From Piedraia hortae CBS 480.64 (lineage: Eukaryota), in the NCBI GenBank assembly GCA_010093745.1, contig MU005964.1:1-64000 (forward strand): a DNA stretch of 64,000 nt. The letters are read 5' to 3'. The first letter of the stretch is position 1; each line of letters opens with the position of its first letter. The notes beneath the pieces are model-generated. The model searched no databases. It was not told the origin of the DNA and saw nothing but the letters and a program-made list of their open reading frames with translations. Below are positions 12,386 through 24,165 of this stretch, one piece after another. A program made the translations under genes and the position numbers.

Positions 12386-12619
12386 GATTGCTACTTTACG
12401 ACCATCTAGCGTTGATATCTACTTTTCCAACACACACACGTAGGCGGGGGGAAGAAGTGGGTGGGTGAGGAAAAAGGAAACACTTGGCTTGCATCTCTAC
12501 GTGTCGCGGGGAGGGGGAAGGGATTTTGTGTGTTGGTAGAGAGGCGCGTTTCTTTCCCCCACTTTAACCACGGGCTCAGTTTCCCCCTTTTTTTGAGCTA
12601 ATAGACGCGGCCAGAGCCC

Positions 12620-14236
12620 ATGGACGACTTCCGACGCAGCGTGTCGCTGCCGTCGTGGCCGTCGCGGCTTCCGCGGCCTAGTCGGCTGGGCGCGAAGCCG
12701 CGTGCGAGCCGTCGCCATTCGGGCATTCCGAGCCCGGTACGAAGCGTACAGCCGCGACGGCGGTATACGCCCACGGCCATTGCGTCGTCACCCATGGTGT
12801 CGCGGCGCGGCCAGCAGAAGCTCCCGCGGCGGCCGTGTACGGTGGCCGGATGGAGCGCGCGAACTCCGGCGTCAACGCCGTCGGACAGCGACAACAGCAG
12901 CGAGCGGCCATCGACGGGCGTCTTCAGCGTGTCGGAGCGCAGCGACACCGTCTACGACTCGATCCCGCGCGTCACTTACGCCTGTCACAAGCGCGGGCCG
13001 CCGATAGAAACACTCTTTCATGACTCGCCGCCGCTGTTGCCGTCGTCCAGCCGCAGCACGCGGCTGGGCGACTACCTCACGCCTGTGAAAGCCAACTCGC
13101 CGTGGCCATCGTCGCCACCAGAGTGGGACGACGGCGAAGACAAACCGGTCCCGTTTTCGTCACCGCTGCATCTCATGCCGCAGCAGCAGACGCACCTGAG
13201 CCCCTATTCCGCGCAGTCGCAGTCGCAGCGTGGCAGCCGCAGCAACGGTCGACGCGCGCCGTCGCTTCATGCGCGGAGTCACTCGGTGCCCGTGGTGCCA
13301 GACGTGGAAGGGAAGCGGTGCACAAAGTCTTCTGCGGCGCAAAAGTTTGGCACCTGGGGAATAGGCAGCAAGGTCATCACCGAGGACTGGAACGAAGATT
13401 TCGATTTCGACGAATTGCCTCCCGTTCCTACTCTATCCATGCCCAACCTTGCAGAAGGAGAGAGCAAGACGAGGCCTCACACTGCAAACCCAACACCAAC
13501 ACACCACAACAGCTACGCTCATCACAGCCACACAATCTCCGTCCCCATCTTCATCCGAGAACGGCAACAAAGCGTCGTCGCCCATTTAAGCCTACTCCGC
13601 GAATGGGGTCTCGTAATCGAAGATCTCAAAGAGCTACGGCTACAAGCAGACACCATGGGACTAGCCACATCGCCGCTATGGCAAGAGGTAGACGCCATGA
13701 TCGATCTAGCCGACTGCGAGAGCGGCGAGTCCCGCGATTGCAGCGGTGAACACGCACGCAGTCCCTCACCAGTTGCATCCACCTCCGAACCCGACGTCGA
13801 GCCCATCTCATTGACCACGAAATCCCTATCCACATCTCCTTACCTCGAACTCAACGAAGACGAAGCCTCCGGCCTACCGCCAGGCGAAGCAATGGCGAGA
13901 ACAGTAATCGACATCCTCCGCTCATCACGCAAGTCTCCTGCAAAGAGACGCAAGGAGAAACTCCCCTTTGACACTGCAACGCTAAAATACATTGTCCCCC
14001 ACGTGCAGGGACTAAGGAAACAGTGTCAGGAGCTGGTTCTGGGCGAACCGAAGCAGAGACGGACGTCGATGGAGAGTTGGGACTTGAGTTCTGAAGAGGA
14101 AGAGGAGAGTAGGGATGCTCCGCTGGAGATGTTGTTTGCAAAGAAGAGAACGTGTGATGAGAATACGAAGTCAAAGTTGACAACGACGACGAAGACGGGG
14201 GATTTGATGGCGAGGTTCAAAGGGTTGGAAGTGTAA
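12620..14236 (+). CDS. Fungal hypothetical protein (538 aa, largely disordered)
   Basis: Long ORF with conserved-looking blocks: SRSHSVPVVPD, KFGTWGIGSKVITEDWNEDFDF, IRERQQSVVAHLSLLREWGLVIEDLKELR, LWQEVDAMIDLAD, KLPFDTATLK. I recall these from an uncharacterised Pezizomycotina family. Confidence 0.8.
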   Translation: MDDFRRSVSLPSWPSRLPRPSRLGAKPRASRRHSGIPSPVRSVQPRRRYTPTAIASSPMVSRRGQQKLPRRPCTVAGWSARTPASTPSDSDNSSERPSTGVFSVSERSDTVYDSIPRVTYACHKRGPPIETLFHDSPPLLPSSSRSTRLGDYLTPVKANSPWPSSPPEWDDGEDKPVPFSSPLHLMPQQQTHLSPYSAQSQSQRGSRSNGRRAPSLHARSHSVPVVPDVEGKRCTKSSAAQKFGTWGIGSKVITEDWNEDFDFDELPPVPTLSMPNLAEGESKTRPHTANPTPTHHNSYAHHSHTISVPIFIRERQQSVVAHLSLLREWGLVIEDLKELRLQADTMGLATSPLWQEVDAMIDLADCESGESRDCSGEHARSPSPVASTSEPDVEPISLTTKSLSTSPYLELNEDEASGLPPGEAMARTVIDILRSSRKSPAKRRKEKLPFDTATLKYIVPHVQGLRKQCQELVLGEPKQRRTSMESWDLSSEEEEESRDAPLEMLFAKKRTCDENTKSKLTTTTKTGDLMARFKGLEV

Positions 14237-14405
14237 GACACTATGTGTGGGAATTGTTGCATGAGGGAATTGTACTCGTTAACATGTTTTATGTCTCCCT
14301 CAAGGGTTGTATGGTTTAATGGATGGTTGAGCATCCAGGGATTCTTTTTTTTTTTTTTTTTTCGTTTGCTATTATTAAGTATAAGTGTTGAGAGTGGGTT
14401 TCTTT

Positions 14406-15879
14406 CTAGTAGCGATACATGTCGCTCTTGAAGGGTCCTTCTATGTCGAGGCCCATGTATTCGGCCTGGGCGGGCGTCATCTTGGTCAGATGGGCGTTGA
14501 CATGGTCCAAGTGTAGCAGGGCGACTTGCTCGTCTAGCACCTTGGGAAGCACGTAGACGCCAATATCCATGCGCTTGACCGTCGACTTGGCACCAGACTC
14601 GTCCTGCACCTTCTTCGGCTGCACCTGAACGTCTTCCGTCTCGGCCGCACGCGCGAATTCTATGTATTTCTTGCCAAATTCGGCATCGCCTGCCTTGTAC
14701 AGCATGATTTGCGCGAGTACCTGGTTCGTAAAGGAGCACGACATGACAAACGACGAGTGGCCGGTTGCGCAGCCAAGGTTCACCAGACGACCCTCGGCTA
14801 GGAGGATAATGTGTCTGCCGCTGGCCATGGTGAAACGGTCGACCTGAGGCTTGATGCTGACACATTCCTTGGCGTTCTTCTTCAGCCATGCAACGTCGAT
14901 TTCAATGTCAAAGTGGCCAATGTTGCACACGATGGCATCATCACGCATTGCCTCAAAGTGCTTCCCGACAATGATGTCGCGGCAGCCAGTTGTTGTGACA
15001 AAGATCTGGCCCTTTGGGGCGGCTTCTTCCATCGTGACAACCTCGTACCCGGCCATGGCAGCCTGCAGGGCATTGATGGGATCAATCTCCGTCACCATTA
15101 CCCGAGCACCCATCGAGTGCAGTGCCTGAGCACAGCCCTTACCAACGTCGCCGTAACCAGCCACCACGGAGATCTTGCCAGCAATCATGACATCGGTTGC
15201 ACGCTTGATGCCGTCCACGAGACTCTCGCGGCACCCGTAGAGGTTGTCAAACTTGCTCTTGGTCACCGAATCGTTGACGTTGATGGCGGGAACCAGTAGA
15301 CCGTGGCCCTTTTCTTTGTTCTTGAGCATGCGGTACAGGTGGTGCACGCCCGTCGTCGTCTCTTCGGACACGCCGTAGCATCCCTCGAGCATTTCTGGGT
15401 ACTTGCTGTGCACAAGGGCCGTGAGATCGCCGCCATCGTCGAGGATGAGGTTCAGCGGCTTGCCGGACGGAAATGCCTTCAGTTGTTGCTCCAGACACCA
15501 TTGATATTCCTCCTCTGTCTCGCCTTTCCACGCAAACACGGGCGTACCGCCGGCCGCAATGGCTGCCGCGGCGTGGTCCTGCGTTGAGAAAATGTTGCAT
15601 GACGTCCACGTCAGCTCTGCACCAAGAGCTTTAAGCGTCTCGATGAGGACAGCCGTTTGAATCGCTGTAACCGTCAGATTTTGCTCCCACAAGGTCTACT
15701 CTTGGCTACATACTCATGTGCAGACATCCTGCAATTCGCGCGCCCTTGAGCGGTTGCTCGTCTTTGTATTTCCGCCGAGTGGCCATGAGACCAGGCATCT
15801 CATTTTCGGCGAGTTCAATCTCCTTTCTGCCGAACGCGGCGAGATTGATATCCGCGACTTTGTACTTTTGCGCCGACAT
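14406..15879 (-). CDS. SAH1: S-adenosylhomocysteine hydrolase (exons 15879-15714 and 15664-14406)
   Basis: [16 protein letters not shown] spans a 49-nt intron (15665-15713). Motifs [42 protein letters not shown], and a C-terminal YRY. Confidence 0.98.
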
Positions 15880-16119
15880 TTTTTTGGGTGTTTGTGTGCT
15901 CGAAAAAAAAAAATAAGAAAAAAAAAAAAATCTAACACTGTACCCCGCCCCCGCCAAGATAAGCTCTGGGTGACGTCGGTTTAGCAGAACACGCTAGACG
16001 TGGGCTGTTCTGTATATCATTACACTACTCCATCCATGCTGGAAGTCGCTGCTGTATGCTTTAACGAATCCATTGTCCGGCCGCTACTCAAACATGCTGA
16101 AGAAAAATTACCGTAATTA

Positions 16120-17309
16120 TTACACAAACTGCTGCCCCTGTTGGTAGCCTCCGGTCATCGGAAGCGGAGCAGTCTTGTTGCTCTCCTCAGTGCTGGACGA
16201 AGGGCCCATTCTGCCCATTTCAATGTCCCTGTTCGCGTCTTTGGGAAGAGAGTTCGGCACAACGTTACCCCACCCTTCAGGTCCGACATAGCCGCCTGTT
16301 CCCACACCGATGCCGAAGGCACGGTTACTCGATCTTGCGCCCCAGGCCCAGCCCTGGCCTCGTCCGAGCGGCAGGTGATACCATCGAAAAGCGAACCATC
16401 CAGTGAAGATGCCGATGAGGGAGCCGACAATGAGGTCGTAGCCGTGGTGGTAATATTCTGCCCAGCGCGTGGAGCAGATGTAAAAGGCCGTTCCGATGGG
16501 CACAAAGGCGGGAATGAGAAAGTAAACCGGCGGAGCTGCATTGGTGTTGCGAATGCGCAATGGATGGTCACTAGCATGTACGTCTTCTCCGTTCTGCACT
16601 TCGTCGCGCAAGTTGCTGTTTTCGCTCGTAAGGTGAGGGATCCTATGATTGTAAGCAGACGGCTAAAACGATGGAAAAAGACTTACGAAATGGCAAACTT
16701 GGAGCAGAGATAAAGGAAGAGATAGCTCAGGCCAGACCACGACCAAGACGCGTGGCCGCTGGGAAAGCTCTTGAATCCATCCTTCAAGACTGACTTGTCC
16801 GGCTGCAGGCAGATTGACGAATGCACCATTTGCCAGTCTTTGCTGAGGTCCTTTGCGAACCCAGTAGCAACGTGAGCCGCAATGTTGTTCAGGTCAGGCT
16901 GGCATCGGGACAAGAAGTCCGGGCGCGGCTTTCCAATCGCGTTCTTGGAGCCCTGGGTAATAAAAGCCGCAGCAACAACAGACAGCGCGAGACCGGCCCA
17001 TCCTTTTTCAAACTCCCAGAGCTTCAGCTTCAGAACCTGCGACCGACTCAGACCGCGGGATGCGCGAGGGCCGGGGACGGCGATGAGAGCAACCAAGAAG
17101 ATGATTACCGCCGGCGCAATGAGCGCGACAAGAACGAGAGTCAGGGTCGAGATGGAGTCGGGGATGTATGGGTAGGAGATGGTGAGATCGACCAGCGAAA
17201 ACACGTGGTGTCGCGGCTCCGTCTTGCTGAGGCCATACGTCGCCAGACCAATGACGAGGATGGTAAGCCAGTCAATCACGTATGCCGCGATGAGTCGCTT
17301 CGACACCAT
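16120..17309 (-). CDS. PAP2-family lipid phosphate phosphatase (Dpp1/Lpp1-like); exons 17309-16687 and 16642-16120
   Basis: KNAIGKPRPDFL, SFPSGH and STRWAEYYHHGYD are the three PAP2 motifs. Multiple TM helices. A 44-nt intron (16643-16686) joins the two ORFs in frame. Confidence 0.93.
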
Positions 17310-18494
17310 TGTTGTGGTCTGGACAGCCGTGCCCGTTGTTCTTAAAGAGAAAGCGACCCGCCCAACAATGACAAAAGTGGCTAATCTAGCGTGGCTATGT
17401 CACCGGGGCCACGTCACCCCTGGTCTTGGAATCTGGCTGACGTAACGCATGGATCCACCGTGATCTTGTCAAGCTGAGCTGTCTACTTTGAACGTGGAGC
17501 CATCGAGCAGATCCCTTTCGCATTGTATCATTACATATGCTCTTGTATCAGACAGTTTAGCAAACGACAAGACAACGGCAGAGAATCGTACATCTCCATC
17601 CAGGTTTACATCTACCTGGTCGCCTTCTATTTGGGCGAGAAAACTTAAAAGCTAATTAGCCGCACAACGACATTCCATTTCCCCGGTATCGGCTGTCAGC
17701 TGGCAGCAAAATGTTATTGTTCCTCTGGAAGTCACGACAAACATTCACACCTAGCAGCGGAATAACGACGAATGCTAGGATTAGACTTGTCGCATGTACT
17801 GAAACCCAGATTGTCTGGTCACTTCCTAGTGTTTTGCATTTCAGTCGCGACACGCGTCCTCGCGCTTGGCAAATCCAATCTTGAGATTGATAATGATAAT
17901 GCATTCCCTTCCTTTGGTGTCAAGGCTGTCAAGCAGGCAGCCAGATGCCTCGCACGACATGCATTGTAATAGGCACAGCTTCTGTTGATGGACGGCCTGT
18001 TCTGGGTCCGTAATTCTTCAAGATTCAGTGACGACAGGCAACATTGTACACAAGATAGGACATGACAGTAGTCGTACCATATAAATCTGAACGCCCGTGA
18101 ACGCCCGGATACCAAATACCATCGTAACATTCTACCCAAATCATATCCTTGCAGCAATGTCAGTCAATCACTGCACAGCCGTCGTCATCATAAACTCGGC
18201 ATCTGCATCGATCAGCCCTGCGGAATCACGCTCAAAGGGCCACCCTCCCTATACATCACACCACCCAACGTACCTTGATCCTCCGTCAACAAATCCACGA
18301 CTTTCTGGCCGTCCATCCTCTCCGCTCGTCCTGTATCCGAGTCCTGTTCATCGGCGGGGATAACGCGGTGGGAGTCTGCGACTCCGTGCGGTCCACCCAA
18401 AGGGCTCGGTCTGCTCTCTTGCATGGGAGCCGTACCTATCGAAGACGAACTACGCCCAGCCTGAGACCATTGTCAGCCTCTGCGAAGCAAAAAC

Positions 18495-19292
18495 TCAGAA
18501 CGGCGACTCCCAGTGATCGTAGGTGTGGTCCACCGTACATCCGTCGCAGGTGTGGGGAAGAAAATTACTGACGTTTTCAACCATTTGGTCTCCTTCGACC
18601 CTTACTTGGCGGTCGGCGATTTTCTGCATGAGGTTTAAAAACTGGCTGTTGCGGAATTTGTCGGATTGGTTGGACGAGACCTTGTCTAGCAGCCCCCGTG
18701 CGGTGGCGGCCAGTTCGTCGTCTTGATCTTGGACGACTGGCTCGGGTTTTGTCTCGGTCTCGCTTTCGGCTACCGCGAAGGCTTTTTCAAAGGCTGCTTC
18801 GTCGAAACGTTCTGCTGGAGCAGCTGTTGGAGGGGGGATGTGGTGTTGGACGTGTTGCATTCCCATTGGCCTGTACTGGGACTGCAGGTGGAATGGAAGT
18901 GTCTGTCTCTGCTGTGGTTGTGGTTGCATCTGCTGGGGCTGTGGCTGCGCCATTTGCCTTCCAAAATCGTTTGCCCAGCCGGTTGCCATTGACTGGTTTT
19001 GTGCTGCAGGCGAGATGTGCATATGTTCAAAGTCATGGGCCCAGGATGTGGACTGTGGTTGGAACTGTTGGCTCACTGGGAGGAGTTGTCCAGACTGCGC
19101 CGGAAGTTCTACTCCAGCCTGAAATGCCTCAAACTCTTGATCGAGACGGCCGTCATGGCGAACCTGCGAACGAAATCCTTGGTTGACAACATTTCGGGCT
19201 ACTAATCGATCTTGTTGTAGCGATCGGTCAACGGTACTGTGCTGTTTGAACTGCTGTAGAGCATTCGACGGACCACAAAGAGCGTCTCCCAT
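18495..19292 (-). CDS. PEX20: PTS2 co-receptor peroxin Pex20
   Basis: N-terminal conserved Cys block (LCGPSNALQQF..DRSLQQDR), WxxxF motifs (WAHDF, WANDF), and a C-terminal Pex7-binding block (KFRNSQFLNLMQKIADRQVRVEG). Confidence 0.85.
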   Translation of the reverse strand: MGDALCGPSNALQQFKQHSTVDRSLQQDRLVARNVVNQGFRSQVRHDGRLDQEFEAFQAGVELPAQSGQLLPVSQQFQPQSTSWAHDFEHMHISPAAQNQSMATGWANDFGRQMAQPQPQQMQPQPQQRQTLPFHLQSQYRPMGMQHVQHHIPPPTAAPAERFDEAAFEKAFAVAESETETKPEPVVQDQDDELAATARGLLDKVSSNQSDKFRNSQFLNLMQKIADRQVRVEGDQMVENVSNFLPHTCDGCTVDHTYDHWESPF

Positions 19293-19419
19293 GGTTAGAT
19301 GACCGAGTTCTGATCTACCTCGGCTGGATATAGGGTAACGATTTAGGTAGGACGGAACCGTTCCGCCATAGCTTCCACATCAACATCATCACTTAGGACA
19401 CGTAGAGAACAGGACAGCC

Positions 19420-20346
19420 ATGGCGCAGGTAATTTCGTCGTCGGGGCACGATGACATGCTGCACGATGCCGTGCTGGACTACTACGGCCGGCGTCTAGCA
19501 ACGTGTTCATCCGACAAGACCATCAAGATCTTCGACATTGACAGCGATACAACTCCGCCGTCGCACAAGCAGACGCACACTCTAAACGGACACGAAGGCG
19601 CCGTGTGGTGCGTGGCCTGGTCGAACCCAAAGTACGGCGTTATTCTGGCGTCAAGCAGCTACGATGGCCGCATCCTCATCTGGCGGGAGCAGCAGGGCCA
19701 ATGGCAGCGCATCTACGAGTTTACGCTGCACACGGCGTCGGTAAACATGGTCGCCTGGAGTCCCGGCGAGGCTGGCTGCCATCTCGCCGCTGCCAGCTCT
19801 GATGGAAAAGTCTCGGTCCTCACTTTTGAGAACAACACCTTCTCGCACGTAATCTTCCCCGCTCACGCTCTCGGTGTCAACAGCGTCTCCTGGGCACCTG
19901 CCCTGCTGCCGGGTCAGTTGACATCGTCCGTGACAGGCAAGCAGCCGGAGCCACAGAACCGGTTCGTCACCGGCGGGGCGGATAATCTCGTCAAGATCTG
20001 GCAGCACGACGCGGCGGGCGGGAAATACAACAACGTAGCTACACTAAAGGGACATACAGACTGGGTTCGCGACGTGGCCTGGTCTCCCACACCTCTCGCG
20101 AAGCAGTACATCGCGTCAGCCTCCCAGGACCATACCGTCCGCATCTGGACGCTGCTGGCGGGTAAGGATTTAAGCGACGAGAGCGCATGGCATTGCGAGA
20201 CTCTGGATTTTGAAGTCGCAGTCTGGCGCTGCAGTTGGAGCATGGCGGGGAACGTGTTGGCCGTTTCTGGAGGTGATAATAGAGTCAGTCTCTGGAAGGA
20301 GACGCTAAAGGGCAATTGGGAGTGTATCAAGACGTTGGAGGAGTAG
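19420..20346 (+). CDS. SEC13: COPII/nuclear pore WD40 protein Sec13
   Basis: [55 protein letters not shown]. Confidence 0.97.
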   Translation: MAQVISSSGHDDMLHDAVLDYYGRRLATCSSDKTIKIFDIDSDTTPPSHKQTHTLNGHEGAVWCVAWSNPKYGVILASSSYDGRILIWREQQGQWQRIYEFTLHTASVNMVAWSPGEAGCHLAAASSDGKVSVLTFENNTFSHVIFPAHALGVNSVSWAPALLPGQLTSSVTGKQPEPQNRFVTGGADNLVKIWQHDAAGGKYNNVATLKGHTDWVRDVAWSPTPLAKQYIASASQDHTVRIWTLLAGKDLSDESAWHCETLDFEVAVWRCSWSMAGNVLAVSGGDNRVSLWKETLKGNWECIKTLEE

Positions 20347-20447
20347 TGGTGTAGCTTTATCATTCCATCTTAGACGTCCGTTCGTGCCAAGCCTTGAAAT
20401 TGAAACCTTACTTACCCCCACCCCCACCAACATCATACCTCACAAAA

Positions 20448-22214
20448 ATGGACTTCCTAATCCGCTTCCTCCAAATCCACGAACCCTTCCGCCAAGCTGA
20501 ACTCGAATCCATCGCAGCTTTACTCTCAATAAACCTAACATGGATCCACTACGATCCCGAAAGCCCCTTCGCAATCATCCACCTAACACCAACCACCTCG
20601 CAAGACGAAATCTCCCTAGCAAAATCTCTCATCTCCCGCTCCATACTAAGTACGTCAATCCACGAACTCTGGGGTCTTGGATCCGACTACCCCTCTTTAC
20701 ACACCTCCGTCCGCTCACGCACATCCCACCTTTGGGAGAGATACAAAAACGTCACGTTCAGGTTTAACGTCGATACGTATCGGAGGTCTATTTCACAGGC
20801 TGTACAGAGAGAGATCATTGAGAGGTTCGGGTATCTGCCGTTTGAGGGGGGAATACAGATGAAAGGGGCGGATGAGGGGTGGACCGTTTTCGAGGAGTAT
20901 CCTTCCCTGACACCTGGGGAGGGAAGCGAGCGAAGTGAGCATATTGCGTCCCATGAGGGAAACAAGTCCTGCGAGGGAAGCAAGCAAAGCGCCCCCCTCC
21001 CAACTAACGGATCCCTCCCTCGTGAGCAAAACATCCCTCACGAGCCTACGAGGATCTTTTTGGGAAGATTTGTGTCTTCGAGCGCCCGCCCCGCCGTAGC
21101 GACCTACACCCTCAAAAAGCGCTCCTACATCTCCACCACATCCCTCGACGCGGAACTCAGCTTGGTATGTGCGAATCTCGTCCTCGCGGGAGCGGGGAAA
21201 TTGGTTTACGACCCGTTCATGGGTACGGGCTCGTTACCCCTTGCGTGTGCGCATTTTGGGGCTACGGTGATGGGGTCGGATTTGGATGGACGGGCACTTA
21301 GGGGGGCGTATGGGAAGGTGAGGGGGGGGAGGGGGAAGAAGAATAGCGATTCCCCGGGGGTGAGTGAGACCCCGAAGACTGCAGGTGTGTCGCGACCAGC
21401 AGAGAGAAGATCCATCCCTAGGGATGACGTCCCACGGGGTGATCAACCCAAGATTCTAAACTCGTATTATACAGCCCCAAGTGGGAAGAATGTTTTGAGC
21501 AATTTCAAACAGTACGGCACACATGACCTCTACCTAGGCAGTTTCGTCGCGGATCTGACGCACTCTCCGCTCAAGACGCGGAGGTTGCCTCTCTTGGGTG
21601 CCCAAGCGAGCCACCAAGCGAGCCACCAGGGTGCCCGTCAGGGTACCAATACCCAACAGAACCCCTTCCCATCGATTTCAACAGGCTACCTCGACGCCCT
21701 ACTATGCGACCCCCCCTACGGCGTGCGCGAGGGGTGCAAAGTCCTCGGAAGCACCAAAACCTCAGAGGTAGTGTATTTATCAGACGGAACGGCCGCGCAC
21801 CTGGGGAGGGGGTATATCCCCCCGAAACAGGCTTATTCGCATGAGAGGTTGTTGAGGGATTTGTGTCGCTTTGCGGTTGGGACGGTTGTTAGGGGGGGGC
21901 GGGTGGGAGTTTGGGTCCCGATAGCTGAGGGAGAGGAGGGGGATGGTGGGCAAGATGGGGAGAGGGAGAATGGTGCTGATGGAGCGATGAAAGGCGTGCC
22001 GATGCATCCGTGTTTGAAGTTACTGTATGTCTGCAGACAGGATTTCAATAAATGGTCGCGGCGGTTTTGTGTGTATGAGAGGATTGGGGATGACGAGGTT
22101 GATTGGGACGAGGTGAGGAGGTATGATTCTGAGGTTGACGGGGATGGGAAGGGAAAGACGGCGGATGAGTTGAATGAGTTTAGGAGATTGTATTTCAAAG
22201 GGTTTAGGGAGTGA
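20448..22214 (+). CDS. TRM11: tRNA m2G10 methyltransferase Trm11 with long low-complexity inserts
   Basis: HEPFRQAELES, LKKRSYISTTSLDAELS, VYDPFMGTGS, GSDLDGR, DPPYGVREG, YIPPKQAY. First ATG at 20448. Confidence 0.92.
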   Translation: MDFLIRFLQIHEPFRQAELESIAALLSINLTWIHYDPESPFAIIHLTPTTSQDEISLAKSLISRSILSTSIHELWGLGSDYPSLHTSVRSRTSHLWERYKNVTFRFNVDTYRRSISQAVQREIIERFGYLPFEGGIQMKGADEGWTVFEEYPSLTPGEGSERSEHIASHEGNKSCEGSKQSAPLPTNGSLPREQNIPHEPTRIFLGRFVSSSARPAVATYTLKKRSYISTTSLDAELSLVCANLVLAGAGKLVYDPFMGTGSLPLACAHFGATVMGSDLDGRALRGAYGKVRGGRGKKNSDSPGVSETPKTAGVSRPAERRSIPRDDVPRGDQPKILNSYYTAPSGKNVLSNFKQYGTHDLYLGSFVADLTHSPLKTRRLPLLGAQASHQASHQGARQGTNTQQNPFPSISTGYLDALLCDPPYGVREGCKVLGSTKTSEVVYLSDGTAAHLGRGYIPPKQAYSHERLLRDLCRFAVGTVVRGGRVGVWVPIAEGEEGDGGQDGERENGADGAMKGVPMHPCLKLLYVCRQDFNKWSRRFCVYERIGDDEVDWDEVRRYDSEVDGDGKGKTADELNEFRRLYFKGFRE

Positions 22215-22348
22215 TTCGGGTAGAGTGAGCGGATGGAGATCCTCCAGGCTTTTTACGAAGATCAACTGACAGATCACGCAATGCATAACCCTGGACGCAG
22301 ATCAAACCGGCAGTTGAAATCGCAAAGGGTATCGATTTGTACATACAA

Positions 22349-23782
22349 TTAACCATCCAAGATCCGCTTCGCCTCGTCCAGTCTCCGGCGGTAAATTCGA
22401 CATTCATAAGCATCTTCATCCTGTTCCTGCAGCCCCAAGCATGTTTCCCGTAGACTGCCAATCACGCTCCGAATCAGCGCCTGGTCCTGCTGGCTCAGCG
22501 TTCGCAGGTCCGAGCTCAACAGACTTTTTAGCGTGACGGCCGTCGAGCGGGATAGCGAGCGTGATCGTCGCGGCATGTCTGTAGCCGTGGCGAATGTGTC
22601 GACGCTCGCGCGAGACGCTGCCCTTTTGCTCGGTGGGCTCTCTGGCCGCGCAGTTTCCGAAGATCGCACGCTGGCAGAACTCTGAGTCGCCGTTTGATCA
22701 GACTTTTCGGCTGGATCAGACTTCTCGGTTGGGGGGTGGTCTATGACAGTCTGCTGATAGTCAAAAGCGTCGTCTCGCTCTTCGTGGGGAACGTCGAAAG
22801 CGCCGGGAAGGATAAGTTTTCTCGGCAAAGACTTCTCCATGCTGGACATTGTTGCCCCGCTGTCTCGTCGGTAGTAGGCTTCTGCATTATTCAGTGGACT
22901 GATATTCCGCGACTCCATGTGGCTCCTTCTTCTGATACTGTCCTCTCGCGCGCGGTCTCTCAAGGTCGATATCTTACCCCGTAGACACGACATTTGCTCG
23001 CGCAGTTCATCCGCTTTGGGCGACGATTCCTTGCGCATTCCCGAGTCATAGCTGCGGGAGCTGCGCAGGCTCTGATTGAGCGACGAGTAACTTGCGCGCA
23101 CCGGGATCCTCCTGCCTTGGGGTCGTACAGGCTCCCTGCGAGGGATCTCGGCAACGGATTCCCGGTTTTGGTACTCACAGTGGTACCCGTCCGGCACAAA
23201 GCGGCCAGGCGCGGGATACGACGTCGACGCTCTCTGCAGGTTCGCAGCCGTCAGCGGCTGACAGAGATCCCGCGCACCACGCAGGTTGCCTTCCATCTGG
23301 CTCAGCTGGCTCTTGGCATTAGCCAGAATCTTCTCGGCTCTCTGGCTGAGCATGGCAGACTGCTGTTCTCGCATTTCCTGCCGTTTCTTTTGCGACGGGT
23401 AGTCGTCGTCTATGGTGCTAAAGGCCATCACAGATGCCACGTCGCTCTCCGACATATCGTCGCCGTCCTTTTTATACTTTGCCAAGAAGGCTGGCAAACC
23501 GGCAAGCTCCTCGCTGTCCAGAGAACTGCTCGAATCGCGTTGGTTCATGGGACAGGGGGAACTCGCAAAGGCACTATCCGGGTCGTCTGATGTGCCATCC
23601 GACAACGACGGCACGCTGTGCGGCGTCGCCTGCTGGGCGGCCGGCTTCAAATAACTGGGACTGGGCGGTTTCTGCATGCGACTCCAGACGGGGGACGCAC
23701 AGCCGTCCTGATATTCCATCTCAGACGCAGGCAAGCCGGGCAGTGGCATATCGGCCAAACACCCCGACATGGTGATCATCAT
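22349..23782 (-). CDS. Fungal hypothetical protein (Ser/Arg-rich, coiled segments)
   Basis: Long ORF with conserved-looking blocks LSQRAEKILANAKSQLSQMEGNLRGAR, LREQMSCLRGKISTLRDRAREDSIRRRS, HEERDDAFDY and RRRLDEAKRILDG. Start uncertain (23782 or 23770). Confidence 0.8.
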   Translation of the reverse strand: MMITMSGCLADMPLPGLPASEMEYQDGCASPVWSRMQKPPSPSYLKPAAQQATPHSVPSLSDGTSDDPDSAFASSPCPMNQRDSSSSLDSEELAGLPAFLAKYKKDGDDMSESDVASVMAFSTIDDDYPSQKKRQEMREQQSAMLSQRAEKILANAKSQLSQMEGNLRGARDLCQPLTAANLQRASTSYPAPGRFVPDGYHCEYQNRESVAEIPRREPVRPQGRRIPVRASYSSLNQSLRSSRSYDSGMRKESSPKADELREQMSCLRGKISTLRDRAREDSIRRRSHMESRNISPLNNAEAYYRRDSGATMSSMEKSLPRKLILPGAFDVPHEERDDAFDYQQTVIDHPPTEKSDPAEKSDQTATQSSASVRSSETARPESPPSKRAASRASVDTFATATDMPRRSRSLSRSTAVTLKSLLSSDLRTLSQQDQALIRSVIGSLRETCLGLQEQDEDAYECRIYRRRLDEAKRILDG

Positions 23783-24165
23783 CGACCGTTTGATCGGAGG
23801 GAAGAGAGAGCAAAAAGAGAGGTGGACAGACGGAGATGGACAGACGGAGATAGAACCCAGCCTGGCGCCACTTGCAGGAAGAAGCAACTAAACGCTATTT
23901 TGGTTCCCCCGGGTCTCCTTATATATGCTTCCATCAAGTTTGACGAGCGCCTCATATTGCTGACTGCATCTACTTTCAAGTCGTACTCGCATATCATCAA
24001 CGCACTTTCCCCGCCGTCGTTTGCAGCCGGCAGCCTTCCCCCCCTCCCCCTCCCGATCGACACATGGGTAATTTCCCGCCACCATGGGTCACGTGGTGTT
24101 TCCATTCCGTAGTCATCTTCCAAATAACTTAGAGTACCGTACTTTCAGTTCACATATACCAAACA

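Noticed and set aside
17460..18480. Short minus-strand ORFs with one hydrophobic stretch (ILAFVVIPLLGVN), faintly CorA-like
   Set aside because: Too fragmentary to assign.
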